This document shows, piece by piece, positions 47,466 through 55,583 of a DNA stretch of 63,346 bases. The DNA is from a virus (lineage: Duplodnaviria > Caudoviricetes). Location of the stretch: IMG/VR virus record IMGVR_UViG_3300033153_008411, positions 1-63,346 of that record; one strand, 5' to 3'. Each line of letters opens with the position of its first letter. Positions within the stretch are counted from its first letter, which is position 1. Below the pieces are notes generated by a model. It had not been told where the DNA came from and did not search any database. It saw nothing but the letters and a program-made list of their open reading frames with translations. The position numbers were made by a program, and so were the translations under genes.

Positions 47466-47707
47466 AAATCACCTAGATCGAAAGCAGTCCGTTCAGCCTT
47501 GCTTGGTGTACAAAAATCATCTAAATAATTATTTGATTCTTCTTTTGTTATTTTTTCGTTGTTGTACACGTATTCATAAATTAAACGCAAGGTTCCACTG
47601 GATACGTCTTTGCCGTGTTGTAGCCAAGTTAGTTTTAAATCTTCTCGTACTTTTTCTTCAGATATGTATTCACCTTGATTAGTATTAAAATTTAGTTTTT
47701 TGATCAT
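47462..47707 (-). CDS. Family E (PTxxE) small protein
   Basis: Start revised to MIKKLNF at a TAATG overlap; ends PSKAERTAFDLGDL. Confidence 0.7.
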   Translation of the reverse strand: MIKKLNFNTNQGEYISEEKVREDLKLTWLQHGKDVSSGTLRLIYEYVYNNEKITKEESNNYLDDFCTPSKAERTAFDLGDL

Positions 47708-48789
47708 TACATACTCATTAGATCGATTGCCGGATGCACATTTTCCATTTGCTTTTCTAAACACGGAAATTCTTTAAAAGTATTTGCCTGTAAAGTTCCA
47801 GATGGATTTTTAATGAAAGCAATTAACGGTGGACTCTTCTCAACGGCTAATTCTTTCAATTCATCTGATAACTCGCCTAGATACTTAGTTATCCACGGAT
47901 CTTTCTTAATGGCTGTTTCAAGCATCTTATCGGTAGGATTTAGGATCTTAAAAATATACCAAGGTTCGAATCGAAGAATTTTTAACATTTCTTTTTCTTC
48001 TAGTAGTTCATCAGTAGGTTCATCTTCGTTCCAAACATCTTCAACGATGACTCTGTTTATTGCTGTTTCGTTTCCAGCTTCATTAGTTAACCGTACAGCC
48101 GAAGCTCGGATCAAATATTTTTTGTGTGTACCGGGTGTAGTGTCTTTAAAAGGTGTGTTCTCCAGATTATGTGAACAAAACCAAATTAATCGCTCACCAT
48201 TTTGTGTCCGCATTTTGATAATTGTTTTTGTGTAACTATCAACTTTACGTACTGGAAATGCACTCTCAAAATACACAATATCACTAAATCGATAAGGTTC
48301 AGTTTCCGATTTATCAAAACTACCCATGCTTAGTATTAAAACACCTTTTTTTGTTGTTATTTCTGCTTTATCCATTATCGGAAAAGGGGTAGATGATTCA
48401 GGTACATCACTTTCAAAACTTTTTTTTCTTATTGTTTCTTCAGCTTTTCTAGGAATACAAACAGCAATACCAAAATTAGAATAAGGAATCGTTTCCTTTT
48501 TCAATACGAATTTCATACTGGATTCGAATTCGTTTTCGGAATTGAGATTTTCGACTAAATCATTAAGAATAAATTTTGTGAGTGTATCGTGTTCTCTTTT
48601 TACTTGTGATGGTACTGGAATTTCGAGATCTAATCTATTACGTACCATTTCTTTTGAAGATTTTGAACCCTCAGAAGTAGGGTAAAAACCACGTAACAAA
48701 TAATCAGACACCGTAGCACTGACAAAATCAGGCAATGAATAATTTGTCTTAGGATCGTAAACAACTTTTTCTTCGATGGTGTTAAACAT
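47707..48789 (-). CDS. Hypothetical protein with C-terminal DUF4116-like (IKNP) helical repeats
   Basis: ILNPTDKMLETAIKKDPW, FIKNPS; ends AIDLMSM. Confidence 0.65.
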   Translation of the reverse strand: MFNTIEEKVVYDPKTNYSLPDFVSATVSDYLLRGFYPTSEGSKSSKEMVRNRLDLEIPVPSQVKREHDTLTKFILNDLVENLNSENEFESSMKFVLKKETIPYSNFGIAVCIPRKAEETIRKKSFESDVPESSTPFPIMDKAEITTKKGVLILSMGSFDKSETEPYRFSDIVYFESAFPVRKVDSYTKTIIKMRTQNGERLIWFCSHNLENTPFKDTTPGTHKKYLIRASAVRLTNEAGNETAINRVIVEDVWNEDEPTDELLEEKEMLKILRFEPWYIFKILNPTDKMLETAIKKDPWITKYLGELSDELKELAVEKSPPLIAFIKNPSGTLQANTFKEFPCLEKQMENVHPAIDLMSM

Positions 48790-48822
48790 AAAACTCCTTG
48801 AATTTTTGTTTTCTTATATCTC

Positions 48823-48852
48823 ATTATAAACATAAGAAAATAATTTTGTCAA
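48823..48852 (-). promoter_or_regulatory. Early sigma70-type promoter
   Basis: CTTGACA-N18-TATAAT followed by an AGGAG RBS. Confidence 0.7.
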
Positions 48853-48859
48853 GGGTAAA

Positions 48860-49246
48860 TTACATATCCATTAAGTCAACAACTAAGTCTGGATCTAATA
48901 TCATTTTTCTGGCTTGTTTGGATTGTTGTATTGCTAAGGCTTGTGTTTTTCTGGAAGGGTTGCTGATACTACCGATAAGTTTCCAATCTTTTTCTATGGC
49001 TTTTTGAACACTTTTTTCGGATGGTTCTACTAAGTACAGGATATATTTAGGATTTTCCTCTACCATTTTTAGTTGATATTCTTCGGGTATGTGGCCTTTG
49101 AACCAATGAAGATAATAATAAGATAAATCATTATCTTTAATATATCTTGCAACGGCATCAAAATTGGCACCATTTAAACAATCATCTTGTAAGGATACAG
49201 GTAGTGGATTCATATCTGTATATTTCCAACCTAAGATATCTCTCAT
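48860..49246 (-). CDS. DUF4116-like repeat protein
   Basis: LVEPSEKSVQKAIEKD, ISNPSRKTQALAI; ends VVDLMDM. Confidence 0.65.
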   Translation of the reverse strand: MRDILGWKYTDMNPLPVSLQDDCLNGANFDAVARYIKDNDLSYYYLHWFKGHIPEEYQLKMVEENPKYILYLVEPSEKSVQKAIEKDWKLIGSISNPSRKTQALAIQQSKQARKMILDPDLVVDLMDM

Positions 49247-49288
49247 AGTTTTAAAATTTCATTTGTGTACCTTTATTTATCGTTCGTT

Positions 49289-49660
49289 TGGTGGAGATGT
49301 CGGCATCGAAGCCGAGTTTCGGTAACTAACAAAACTAAGATTTATTCACGATTATAGAATTATTTTAATTTTAAAACATTTGTTTAAATAATTCAAAAAA
49401 CAAATATTCGATCAAGTAAAATGTCCTGATCATATCCTTGATTTATAATCAGTAAAGCCTGAATAAAAATGACATGTTTTGTGTACTATCAGGCATACTG
49501 CACAAAACACGTAAATTAAGCCGCTATTGCGGCAAAATTTAAAGAATAATCGCTGTTGTTTGCGTTTATTTTTTAGTCAAATTTTAAGGTAGACCATTAA
49601 GACTAACTACCAATCGAATTCTTAATTTCATTCATGTTCCGGTCTTAGCCTTTCACCCCC
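49289..49660 (-). ncRNA. ssrA: tmRNA (transfer-messenger RNA), 372 nt
   Basis: 5' GGGGGTG pairs with 3' CATCTCC-A-CCA including G3.U70; T-arm TCGGC-TTCGAT-GCCGA; resume ATAAAC|GCA and tag ORF 49563-49516 encoding ANNSDYSLNFAAIAA-stop. Confidence 0.93.
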
Positions 49661-49925
49661 ACATTGTTACTTCTCTAAATCTTGGAATCGATGTAGCTTG
49701 ATCAACAAATATATACGGAATTTTTTCAACATTTCGTTCAAAGGTTGTAATCATTTTAACTTCTTGCTTTGAAACTTCAAGCCAAAGAAATAACAGTTTA
49801 TCACCTACTTGAATTTTATCTTTTGTGATATCATCAACAGTTTCTTCTTTTTTCTGTAATCCGTTAATGTCATCATCCGAAAAAGCAACTGCTCTTTCTA
49901 GCTGTTCTTCGAAATATTCTATCAT
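49653..49925 (-). CDS. Hypothetical protein
   Basis: Coupled ORF; its last codons overlap the tmRNA 5' end. Confidence 0.55.
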   Translation of the reverse strand: MIEYFEEQLERAVAFSDDDINGLQKKEETVDDITKDKIQVGDKLLFLWLEVSKQEVKMITTFERNVEKIPYIFVDQATSIPRFREVTMWG

Positions 49926-50131
49926 TATTTATTCTCCTTTGAATATCCATCTTTAGCCCAACCCCCGCCTTTCAGTGAAAAGTTCGTGCCGGTCGGTACA
50001 GCAAATTGCATTAAGCACGAGCATTCTGGACACTTAGGTGGATTTTCTTTTTCTTGGTTATGCTGCTTAAAACTTAGAAATTTTTCTTCGTTATGGCCGC
50101 AATTTTTGCATTCTAATTCGTAATATGGCAT
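49925..50131 (-). CDS. FmdB-family zinc ribbon protein
   Basis: MPYYELECKNCG...KCPEC...FSLKGGGWAKDGY. Confidence 0.85.
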   Translation of the reverse strand: MPYYELECKNCGHNEEKFLSFKQHNQEKENPPKCPECSCLMQFAVPTGTNFSLKGGGWAKDGYSKENK

Positions 50132-50151
50132 CTTTATTCTTCTTAAAACTT

Positions 50152-50159
50152 TATTTATA
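50152..50159 (-). promoter_or_regulatory. T4-type late promoter TATAAATA
   Basis: Exact motif about 20 nt upstream of the FmdB gene; could also drive tmRNA. Confidence 0.5.
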
Positions 50160-51069
50160 ATTCCATAAGAGTTGCTGCCTGATCCATTACATCCATCGAA
50201 ATATCAAAATCGTACAAATGTGTAACAGCCCAATATTGACCCAACGAACCGATATGCCCGTTTTTATCTTTTTTAAGTTGATATTTTCTTGTTTGTTTTG
50301 TTTTTTTAATTTCGAAAGGATGTGGTTTTTTGTAAAAATAAAGTCTTTTAGATGATAAACAACGAAATGCATAAACTCTTTGAAACTTTACATCTTTACT
50401 TAATGTAGAGTTATTCCTATAATACTCTGCCATATATGGTGCGTAATCACATTCTGCAATAAATTTTCCTAAATATTTTTTACGTGTTGAATGTGTACCA
50501 ACGAGAGCTGTATCACCGGGCTTCATTTCATTTAAACTTTTATGTTCTTTTTTTGCTTTTTTATGAGCTTCATAATCTTCAGTCCCGTATTGAACTAAAA
50601 AGAAACCATCATGTCCTAATCTTGTTGCAAGAACATATTTACTTAAAAGTTTCTTTTTAACGATTCCTTCAAAATTTAAAATCCGATTTAGGCATTTAGA
50701 AGAAACATCAACAGTAAAATCATCATCGATGCATTTAAGCTTGACACTATAAAACCCTAAAGGACCATCTAAATAATATTCCTTTGGTGTATTATTTAAT
50801 ACGATAGCTTTTTTTTTCGTGTATCTACCATTTTGGTATGATTCAATATATTTAAATTTTTTATCATCCACTAAAGCTTGCACTACATGATTATGTGGAT
50901 GAATTTTTAAATATTTCCGTATATCGTGAAAAGGTGCTCTTTTTGCTTTCTTTGGTTTTTCTGTTTTTAATTTCATTTTTAATCTTATTTTTTCTTTTTT
51001 CATTACAGCATTTATTTTTTGTATTTTAAATGTTGCTATTCTTAGATTTTTTATTCCTTGTCTTGGCAT
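50155..51069 (-). CDS. Basic hypothetical protein with the shared C-terminal tail
   Basis: Lys-rich; ends AATLMEL. Confidence 0.65.
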   Translation of the reverse strand: MPRQGIKNLRIATFKIQKINAVMKKEKIRLKMKLKTEKPKKAKRAPFHDIRKYLKIHPHNHVVQALVDDKKFKYIESYQNGRYTKKKAIVLNNTPKEYYLDGPLGFYSVKLKCIDDDFTVDVSSKCLNRILNFEGIVKKKLLSKYVLATRLGHDGFFLVQYGTEDYEAHKKAKKEHKSLNEMKPGDTALVGTHSTRKKYLGKFIAECDYAPYMAEYYRNNSTLSKDVKFQRVYAFRCLSSKRLYFYKKPHPFEIKKTKQTRKYQLKKDKNGHIGSLGQYWAVTHLYDFDISMDVMDQAATLMEL

Positions 51070-51071
51070 TT

Positions 51072-53000
51072 TTAAAATAATTCACATGAAGCAGATCCAG
51101 AACAAGCTAATTCTTGTGCACCTTGTGTGTAATCCTCAGATTCAAATTGTTCTAAATCATCAAAATTAATATCACTCGGAAAATCAACACATAAGTCTTT
51201 GTATTTTTCTTCTGTTATTTCTTGGTATGGTGCTAATTGGTAAACACCTGAATCATAAGGTAGAAAACTGATACCCGACATATCATCCCAATGTGTTCGT
51301 ACCCATGCTGCCACTTGTAACCACTCTTCATCACGAACGTAAACTGTTATACTTGGTTCGTGCTCACACCAAGAATCTTTTACGATCTTCCAATGCTCTA
51401 GTTGTTCTAAAGCTGTCTTATCATATCGAAATGTACACTTTTTGCTCGGTGCTTTTATTGGAAATTCGAAAACAGCTGTTGTAAAATTATCAATTGTTTG
51501 TCCATTTTCAGGTTTCCAAGGTACATTCTTTTCGATTAAATATTTTGTTATTGCGTCTGTTGCTGTCGATCTGACTCGACGAATGTAGTACGGTGCAAAA
51601 CGAGCATGTATACCCGGTGAACAACCAACTCTTTGAGAAACTGTCCCTGAAGGTTTTGTACATGTTATAGCGACCGGCATATTAATATCAAGTGCTTTCG
51701 ACCATTTCTTAGCTACGTTAATAGCAGTTTCACGCATAGCAACTAGCCAATCTTCCATTCGTTCTGGTTTCTTTTCGTTTGAAAGCACCGGGTGATCCAT
51801 TATACCTGATAACGAAACACCTAATAATCTTTCTTCTTCGCAATTCTTTTTCCAATCTTCATCAATAAAATGAAAATCAGTTAATGTACTTTGAAGTATA
51901 CCTAATATTGTAGCAAACTTAACCTTCTCTTGCAAGCTATTTAATGTATCTTGTGGTCGAACGATTACTTCACTGAGATTACAGAATTGTTTGGATCTTA
52001 AAAAGATCTCAGCACAAGGATTTAAACCAAAATCCCAATCTGGATCACGTCTTCCAATTTCAGCAATTTTTTTCTTTGCGCCTTCACGGTTAAAAATACC
52101 ACGCTCACCAGTTCCAGAAGTCATAAGATTGATCCACTCTTCTAGAAAAATACTCATCTCTGGTTTTTCGGTGTACGCAACTGAATTATTCGCTAACTCT
52201 CTTTGTGGGTTTGAATCCCAAAAATTCCCAGACTTTGCACCACGCATTCTCAAATCGGATAAATTCGAAAGAGAAATTAAAGCAGACCTTCGTACACCCC
52301 CAACAACAACGGCTTCAGCGATCCCGCATACAATATCGTGACACTCTAAAGAACTCAATTTTGGACCTTGTGAATTCAAAAAAGTATTAGCAATAAATTT
52401 CATTGCTTTTTCTAGTGGTTCTGGTCCTGATGCTCGACCACCAAAAGTTTTTAAAATCGCACCGGACGGTCGGACCAAAGAAAAATCAATAGTGGGAATT
52501 ATCCCTTTATACAGGTACTCTATTAGCTCGTTTACAGCTACAGCCCATCCCATTTTACTGTCTTCTACAACAACAATTATTTCTGATATTTTTTCTAGCT
52601 TCGGTGGCAGATCAGGTAAACAATTTATTACTTGTCGTTCTACTGATATACCAACACCAGCCCCGTTCATCAGTAAATACAGAACATCTGAAAAGGCTTT
52701 CGGTGTATTGATCTCCAAATAGGAGCAATTATAAGCGGCAATATTCTCTCTTGCTAGTGCTGGACCAGCCGACCAAAGTGCTCGCATTGAAGGCATTACT
52801 TGTAAATCTAATACGTATTGTTTTGCTTTTTGAAATTGTTTTTTAAGTGTTTCTGGTACTCGTTCGTCAAAGAAGTCAAAATATCTATCTATTGTTTCCG
52901 GCCAATGTTCTCTACGTTCTTTATCGTAATCCCATCTTGAGTATCGGCTTTTGTATATAAACCTTTCGTATATTTGCTCTACTTGTTTTCCACTTGACAT
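51072..53000 (-). CDS. nrdJ: Class II (adenosylcobalamin-dependent) ribonucleotide reductase, monomeric RTPR-type
   Basis: MPSMRALW, YNCSY, FGGRASGPEPL, VVVGGVRRSALISL, GLNPCAEI, FCNLSE, TCTKPSGTVS, C-terminal ACSGSASCE. Confidence 0.92.
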   Translation of the reverse strand: MSSGKQVEQIYERFIYKSRYSRWDYDKERREHWPETIDRYFDFFDERVPETLKKQFQKAKQYVLDLQVMPSMRALWSAGPALARENIAAYNCSYLEINTPKAFSDVLYLLMNGAGVGISVERQVINCLPDLPPKLEKISEIIVVVEDSKMGWAVAVNELIEYLYKGIIPTIDFSLVRPSGAILKTFGGRASGPEPLEKAMKFIANTFLNSQGPKLSSLECHDIVCGIAEAVVVGGVRRSALISLSNLSDLRMRGAKSGNFWDSNPQRELANNSVAYTEKPEMSIFLEEWINLMTSGTGERGIFNREGAKKKIAEIGRRDPDWDFGLNPCAEIFLRSKQFCNLSEVIVRPQDTLNSLQEKVKFATILGILQSTLTDFHFIDEDWKKNCEEERLLGVSLSGIMDHPVLSNEKKPERMEDWLVAMRETAINVAKKWSKALDINMPVAITCTKPSGTVSQRVGCSPGIHARFAPYYIRRVRSTATDAITKYLIEKNVPWKPENGQTIDNFTTAVFEFPIKAPSKKCTFRYDKTALEQLEHWKIVKDSWCEHEPSITVYVRDEEWLQVAAWVRTHWDDMSGISFLPYDSGVYQLAPYQEITEEKYKDLCVDFPSDINFDDLEQFESEDYTQGAQELACSGSASCELF

Positions 53001-53009
53001 TATTCTCCA

Positions 53010-53273
53010 TTATTTTGTAAAGTAACCGTTTATTTTTATATCTGATTTTTTTTCATCGTCTTCAATAGAATCAATGAATTTGGACATATCAGCAAACCCT
53101 CTTAATAATTTTGTAATTAATTCTTTAGTTTCTATAAATGTTAATTCGAAATTATGACTATAATGAGCTTCTTCTGAATAAATTCGCATATTTAAAAAAG
53201 ATTCTTTATGATCGCCCCACGATTCTTGATTATTTGCGTATATTTCAAGTTCTTTGTTATTTTTTAATCTCAT
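53010..53273 (-). CDS. Family F small protein
   Basis: Beta-rich body followed by ELITKLLRGF. Confidence 0.6.
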   Translation of the reverse strand: MRLKNNKELEIYANNQESWGDHKESFLNMRIYSEEAHYSHNFELTFIETKELITKLLRGFADMSKFIDSIEDDEKKSDIKINGYFTK

Positions 53274-53493
53274 TTTTTACCCACACTTTCAATAATTTTT
53301 TTGTTAATTCTACCATTTGATTTTCAGTGAAAATGATATCGTGGATATCACCGCTATCACGATCAATAAATGAAAACATCGCTCTAGAATCATCTAGATC
53401 CGGTGGATCTGGATGTTTTCTTTCTATTTCGAATCTGTCGTATATAGCTAAAACTCTAACGTGACATTTTAAGGTTGATGATTTGTTTTGCAT
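53257..53493 (-). CDS. Family F small protein
   Basis: QMVELTKKLLKVW. Confidence 0.6.
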   Translation of the reverse strand: MQNKSSTLKCHVRVLAIYDRFEIERKHPDPPDLDDSRAMFSFIDRDSGDIHDIIFTENQMVELTKKLLKVWVKNEIKK

Positions 53494-53659
53494 ACATTTT
53501 CAATAGATCGTTGATTAAATGTTTTAATTGTTTTTCATTTATATTAATATCGATAGTATCAGGTGTATTAAGACTCTCTTTAAGTATCATAGAAATATAG
53601 TACCGCCCATTACCTAATGCAAATATTTTCATTGCGTTTTCATGTGGGTATAGTTCCAT
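53456..53659 (-). CDS. Family F small protein
   Basis: QLKHLINDLLKMY. Confidence 0.6.
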   Translation of the reverse strand: MELYPHENAMKIFALGNGRYYISMILKESLNTPDTIDININEKQLKHLINDLLKMYAKQIINLKMSR

Positions 53660-53886
53660 TAGAAATTCCGTTTTTTGGTTTTGAGTCTTAAGTACCCGGA
53701 TAAAAGTTGCCTAATTAATTTGAATACTATTGAACTGTCTATTTCCATTTTATATTGAACACTCATAGACGTGTTATAACCATTATCGTGATGGAAAAAA
53801 ACAGTCAAACCATTAGGATTATCATTAATGTACGTTACTTGCGTATCTTTTACCTTAACCAGTATTACTGTCGGTGTTGTCATCAA
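53659..53886 (-). CDS. Family F small protein
   Basis: FKLIRQLLSGY. Confidence 0.6.
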   Translation of the reverse strand: MMTTPTVILVKVKDTQVTYINDNPNGLTVFFHHDNGYNTSMSVQYKMEIDSSIVFKLIRQLLSGYLRLKTKKRNF

Positions 53887-54223
53887 GTTCCTTTTTCCAA
53901 TTTAACATCAGTTCACCAATTTCTTCGATATGATCTTCATTTCGAAATATGAATTCAGTGCTAATTTCTAAATGACCCTTGAATAAAAATAAAAATCTTT
54001 GCTTAATTTGTTTCCATAATTCTTTCAAACTACGGTCGTAAATTCTTGAAGATAGATTTGTATAGATAATAAAAGATGTCATTTTATCTTTTTTATCTCT
54101 GGAAATTTCAAACTCTAGTGAATGTTTTTCGTACTGGCAATCGCACGTTGTCCGGTAGACAATAGTATCCGGGTATTCGAATACGCATTCTTTTTGTGGA
54201 CGTTTATTATTTATTGTTTTCAT
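53855..54223 (-). CDS. Hypothetical protein
   Basis: CDC...H; LWKQIKQRFLFLFKG. Confidence 0.6.
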   Translation of the reverse strand: MKTINNKRPQKECVFEYPDTIVYRTTCDCQYEKHSLEFEISRDKKDKMTSFIIYTNLSSRIYDRSLKELWKQIKQRFLFLFKGHLEISTEFIFRNEDHIEEIGELMLNWKKELDDNTDSNTG

Positions 54224-54461
54224 TATTTTTTTTATAAAAATTTTTTGATTCTACGTAAGCACGTAGTAGTTGTTCTATAAGTGTTTCATTTTCAGCAAGA
54301 CTTAATTCAAAACTTTGAAAAGAATGATTTTTATAGTCATCTATATGCACAGTTGTTATAATATCTGAAGGCCAAGCATACACATCACCGTCTTTTCCCT
54401 TCACATATTTGACATCATTGAATACTGAAAAACTTTTATTATGATTTTTCTTCCCATTCAT
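54207..54461 (-). CDS. Family F small protein
   Basis: ETLIEQLLRAY. Confidence 0.6.
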   Translation of the reverse strand: MNGKKNHNKSFSVFNDVKYVKGKDGDVYAWPSDIITTVHIDDYKNHSFQSFELSLAENETLIEQLLRAYVESKNFYKKNNENNK

Positions 54462-54786
54462 TAATCATCCTTGGAAAAGATTTTGTATTAGGATCATAAT
54501 TCTCATTTTCGATTACAACAATTTTTTTATGTAAAGCAAATGCAACTCCCATATCAAAATGTGATCCTTGACTATCTGAATTATAAAAAATGTGAACTTC
54601 ATCGGCGTATTTGATAGCTTCCATATTTTCTGTACAGATATCATAACCACACGCATCTTGTTTTGTATCACGTTTTGGAAGATGAACCTGATGACCATGA
54701 TGCTCTAAAAAATCTACGTAATCTTCCATCATTATTTGATTTTCTCTGGTAGCATCTCTGACACTACCGATAATAAAAATTTTCAT
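54439..54786 (-). CDS. Nucleoside 2-deoxyribosyltransferase-like protein
   Basis: MKIFIIGSV, VHLPKRD, AIKYADEV, SQGSHFDMGVAFALHKKI. Confidence 0.75.
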   Translation of the reverse strand: MKIFIIGSVRDATRENQIMMEDYVDFLEHHGHQVHLPKRDTKQDACGYDICTENMEAIKYADEVHIFYNSDSQGSHFDMGVAFALHKKIVVIENENYDPNTKSFPRMINEWEEKS

Positions 54787-55125
54787 TTATTCCTTGCATT
54801 TGATTGGTAAATTAACCGAAGCGGCCCATGTTCGTTGCTTTGGGTTTATTTTGTACATTTGCACTAATGAAACCGCTGAAGCACCAAAACCACCACTAGC
54901 ATTCGCTATATAAGCAAATTTGTAACTGTCAATGCACACTGAACCGTACTGAAATGTTGAATGAACATGGTTATCATGCTTTTTAATGGTATTGACATAC
55001 CCTGATACTTTAAATTTTACAGGAATTTCAGCTTTAACAAAATTAACACCTATAAATGTCAAAGCAACTAACATAAAACTCAAAATTATAAACGATCTAA
55101 TTATTGCATCTTTTTTCCAGTACAT
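54787..55125 (-). CDS. Exported/membrane-anchored hypothetical protein
   Basis: Start revised to MYWKKD after an AAGGA RBS; N-terminal hydrophobic signal. Confidence 0.55.
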   Translation of the reverse strand: MYWKKDAIIRSFIILSFMLVALTFIGVNFVKAEIPVKFKVSGYVNTIKKHDNHVHSTFQYGSVCIDSYKFAYIANASGGFGASAVSLVQMYKINPKQRTWAASVNLPIKCKE

Positions 55126-55132
55126 TTTTTCC

Positions 55133-55420
55133 TTATGAAATAAATTCACCTGATCGAATTTGAGATTCAACACGATTGTCTTGATCTCGTTTATGCTGAT
55201 CCCATTCATGAAGTTCAGTGTCTAATTCATTTTTTGATTGACTATCAAGTGCTTCGACTTGTGGATCACTAAAAAGCCCATGTAAATTTGGAGCTGTCAA
55301 TTGTTTTTTAAGTGGTGTTTTACACTTCGAGCATTTCTGTTCGTCTTGATAATTCTTTACTTTCAAAAATATTTCTTCTGTGTTTTCGCAATTCGGGCAT
55401 TTGTAATTATAAATCGGCAT
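55133..55420 (-). CDS. FmdB-family zinc ribbon protein
   Basis: MPIYNYKCPNC...KCSKC..LKKQLTAP. Confidence 0.8.
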   Translation of the reverse strand: MPIYNYKCPNCENTEEIFLKVKNYQDEQKCSKCKTPLKKQLTAPNLHGLFSDPQVEALDSQSKNELDTELHEWDQHKRDQDNRVESQIRSGEFIS

Positions 55421-55421
55421 C

Positions 55422-55583
55422 CTATTCCTCTTGTTCTTTACAGAATTCTTTAATAAAATTTCTTAACCATTCATTATTTTGCTTCAAATCTTCAATGTGT
55501 TTTTCTTTTTCTTTTAACAGAATTTTATTTTCATAAACAAATTGAATGCAAAGAAGTATTAAACCCGCAATAATAAAAGCCAT
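55422..55583 (-). CDS. Small membrane-anchored coiled-coil protein (53 aa, not in the ORF track)
   Basis: MAFIIAGLILLCIQFVYENKILLKEKEKHIEDLKQ...; fills the gap and overlaps the primase stop by TAATG. Confidence 0.55.
   Translation of the reverse strand: MAFIIAGLILLCIQFVYENKILLKEKEKHIEDLKQNNEWLRNFIKEFCKEQEE

Noticed and set aside
24508-47707. CRISPR array or integron attC cassette array
   Set aside because: The periodicity comes from short overlapping ORFs. There are no identical 25-45 nt repeats, no intergenic attC-like palindromes and no integrase or cas operon.
24508-47707. Diversity-generating retroelement driving array variation
   Set aside because: No reverse transcriptase and no near-identical TR/VR pair with adenine-specific differences were seen.
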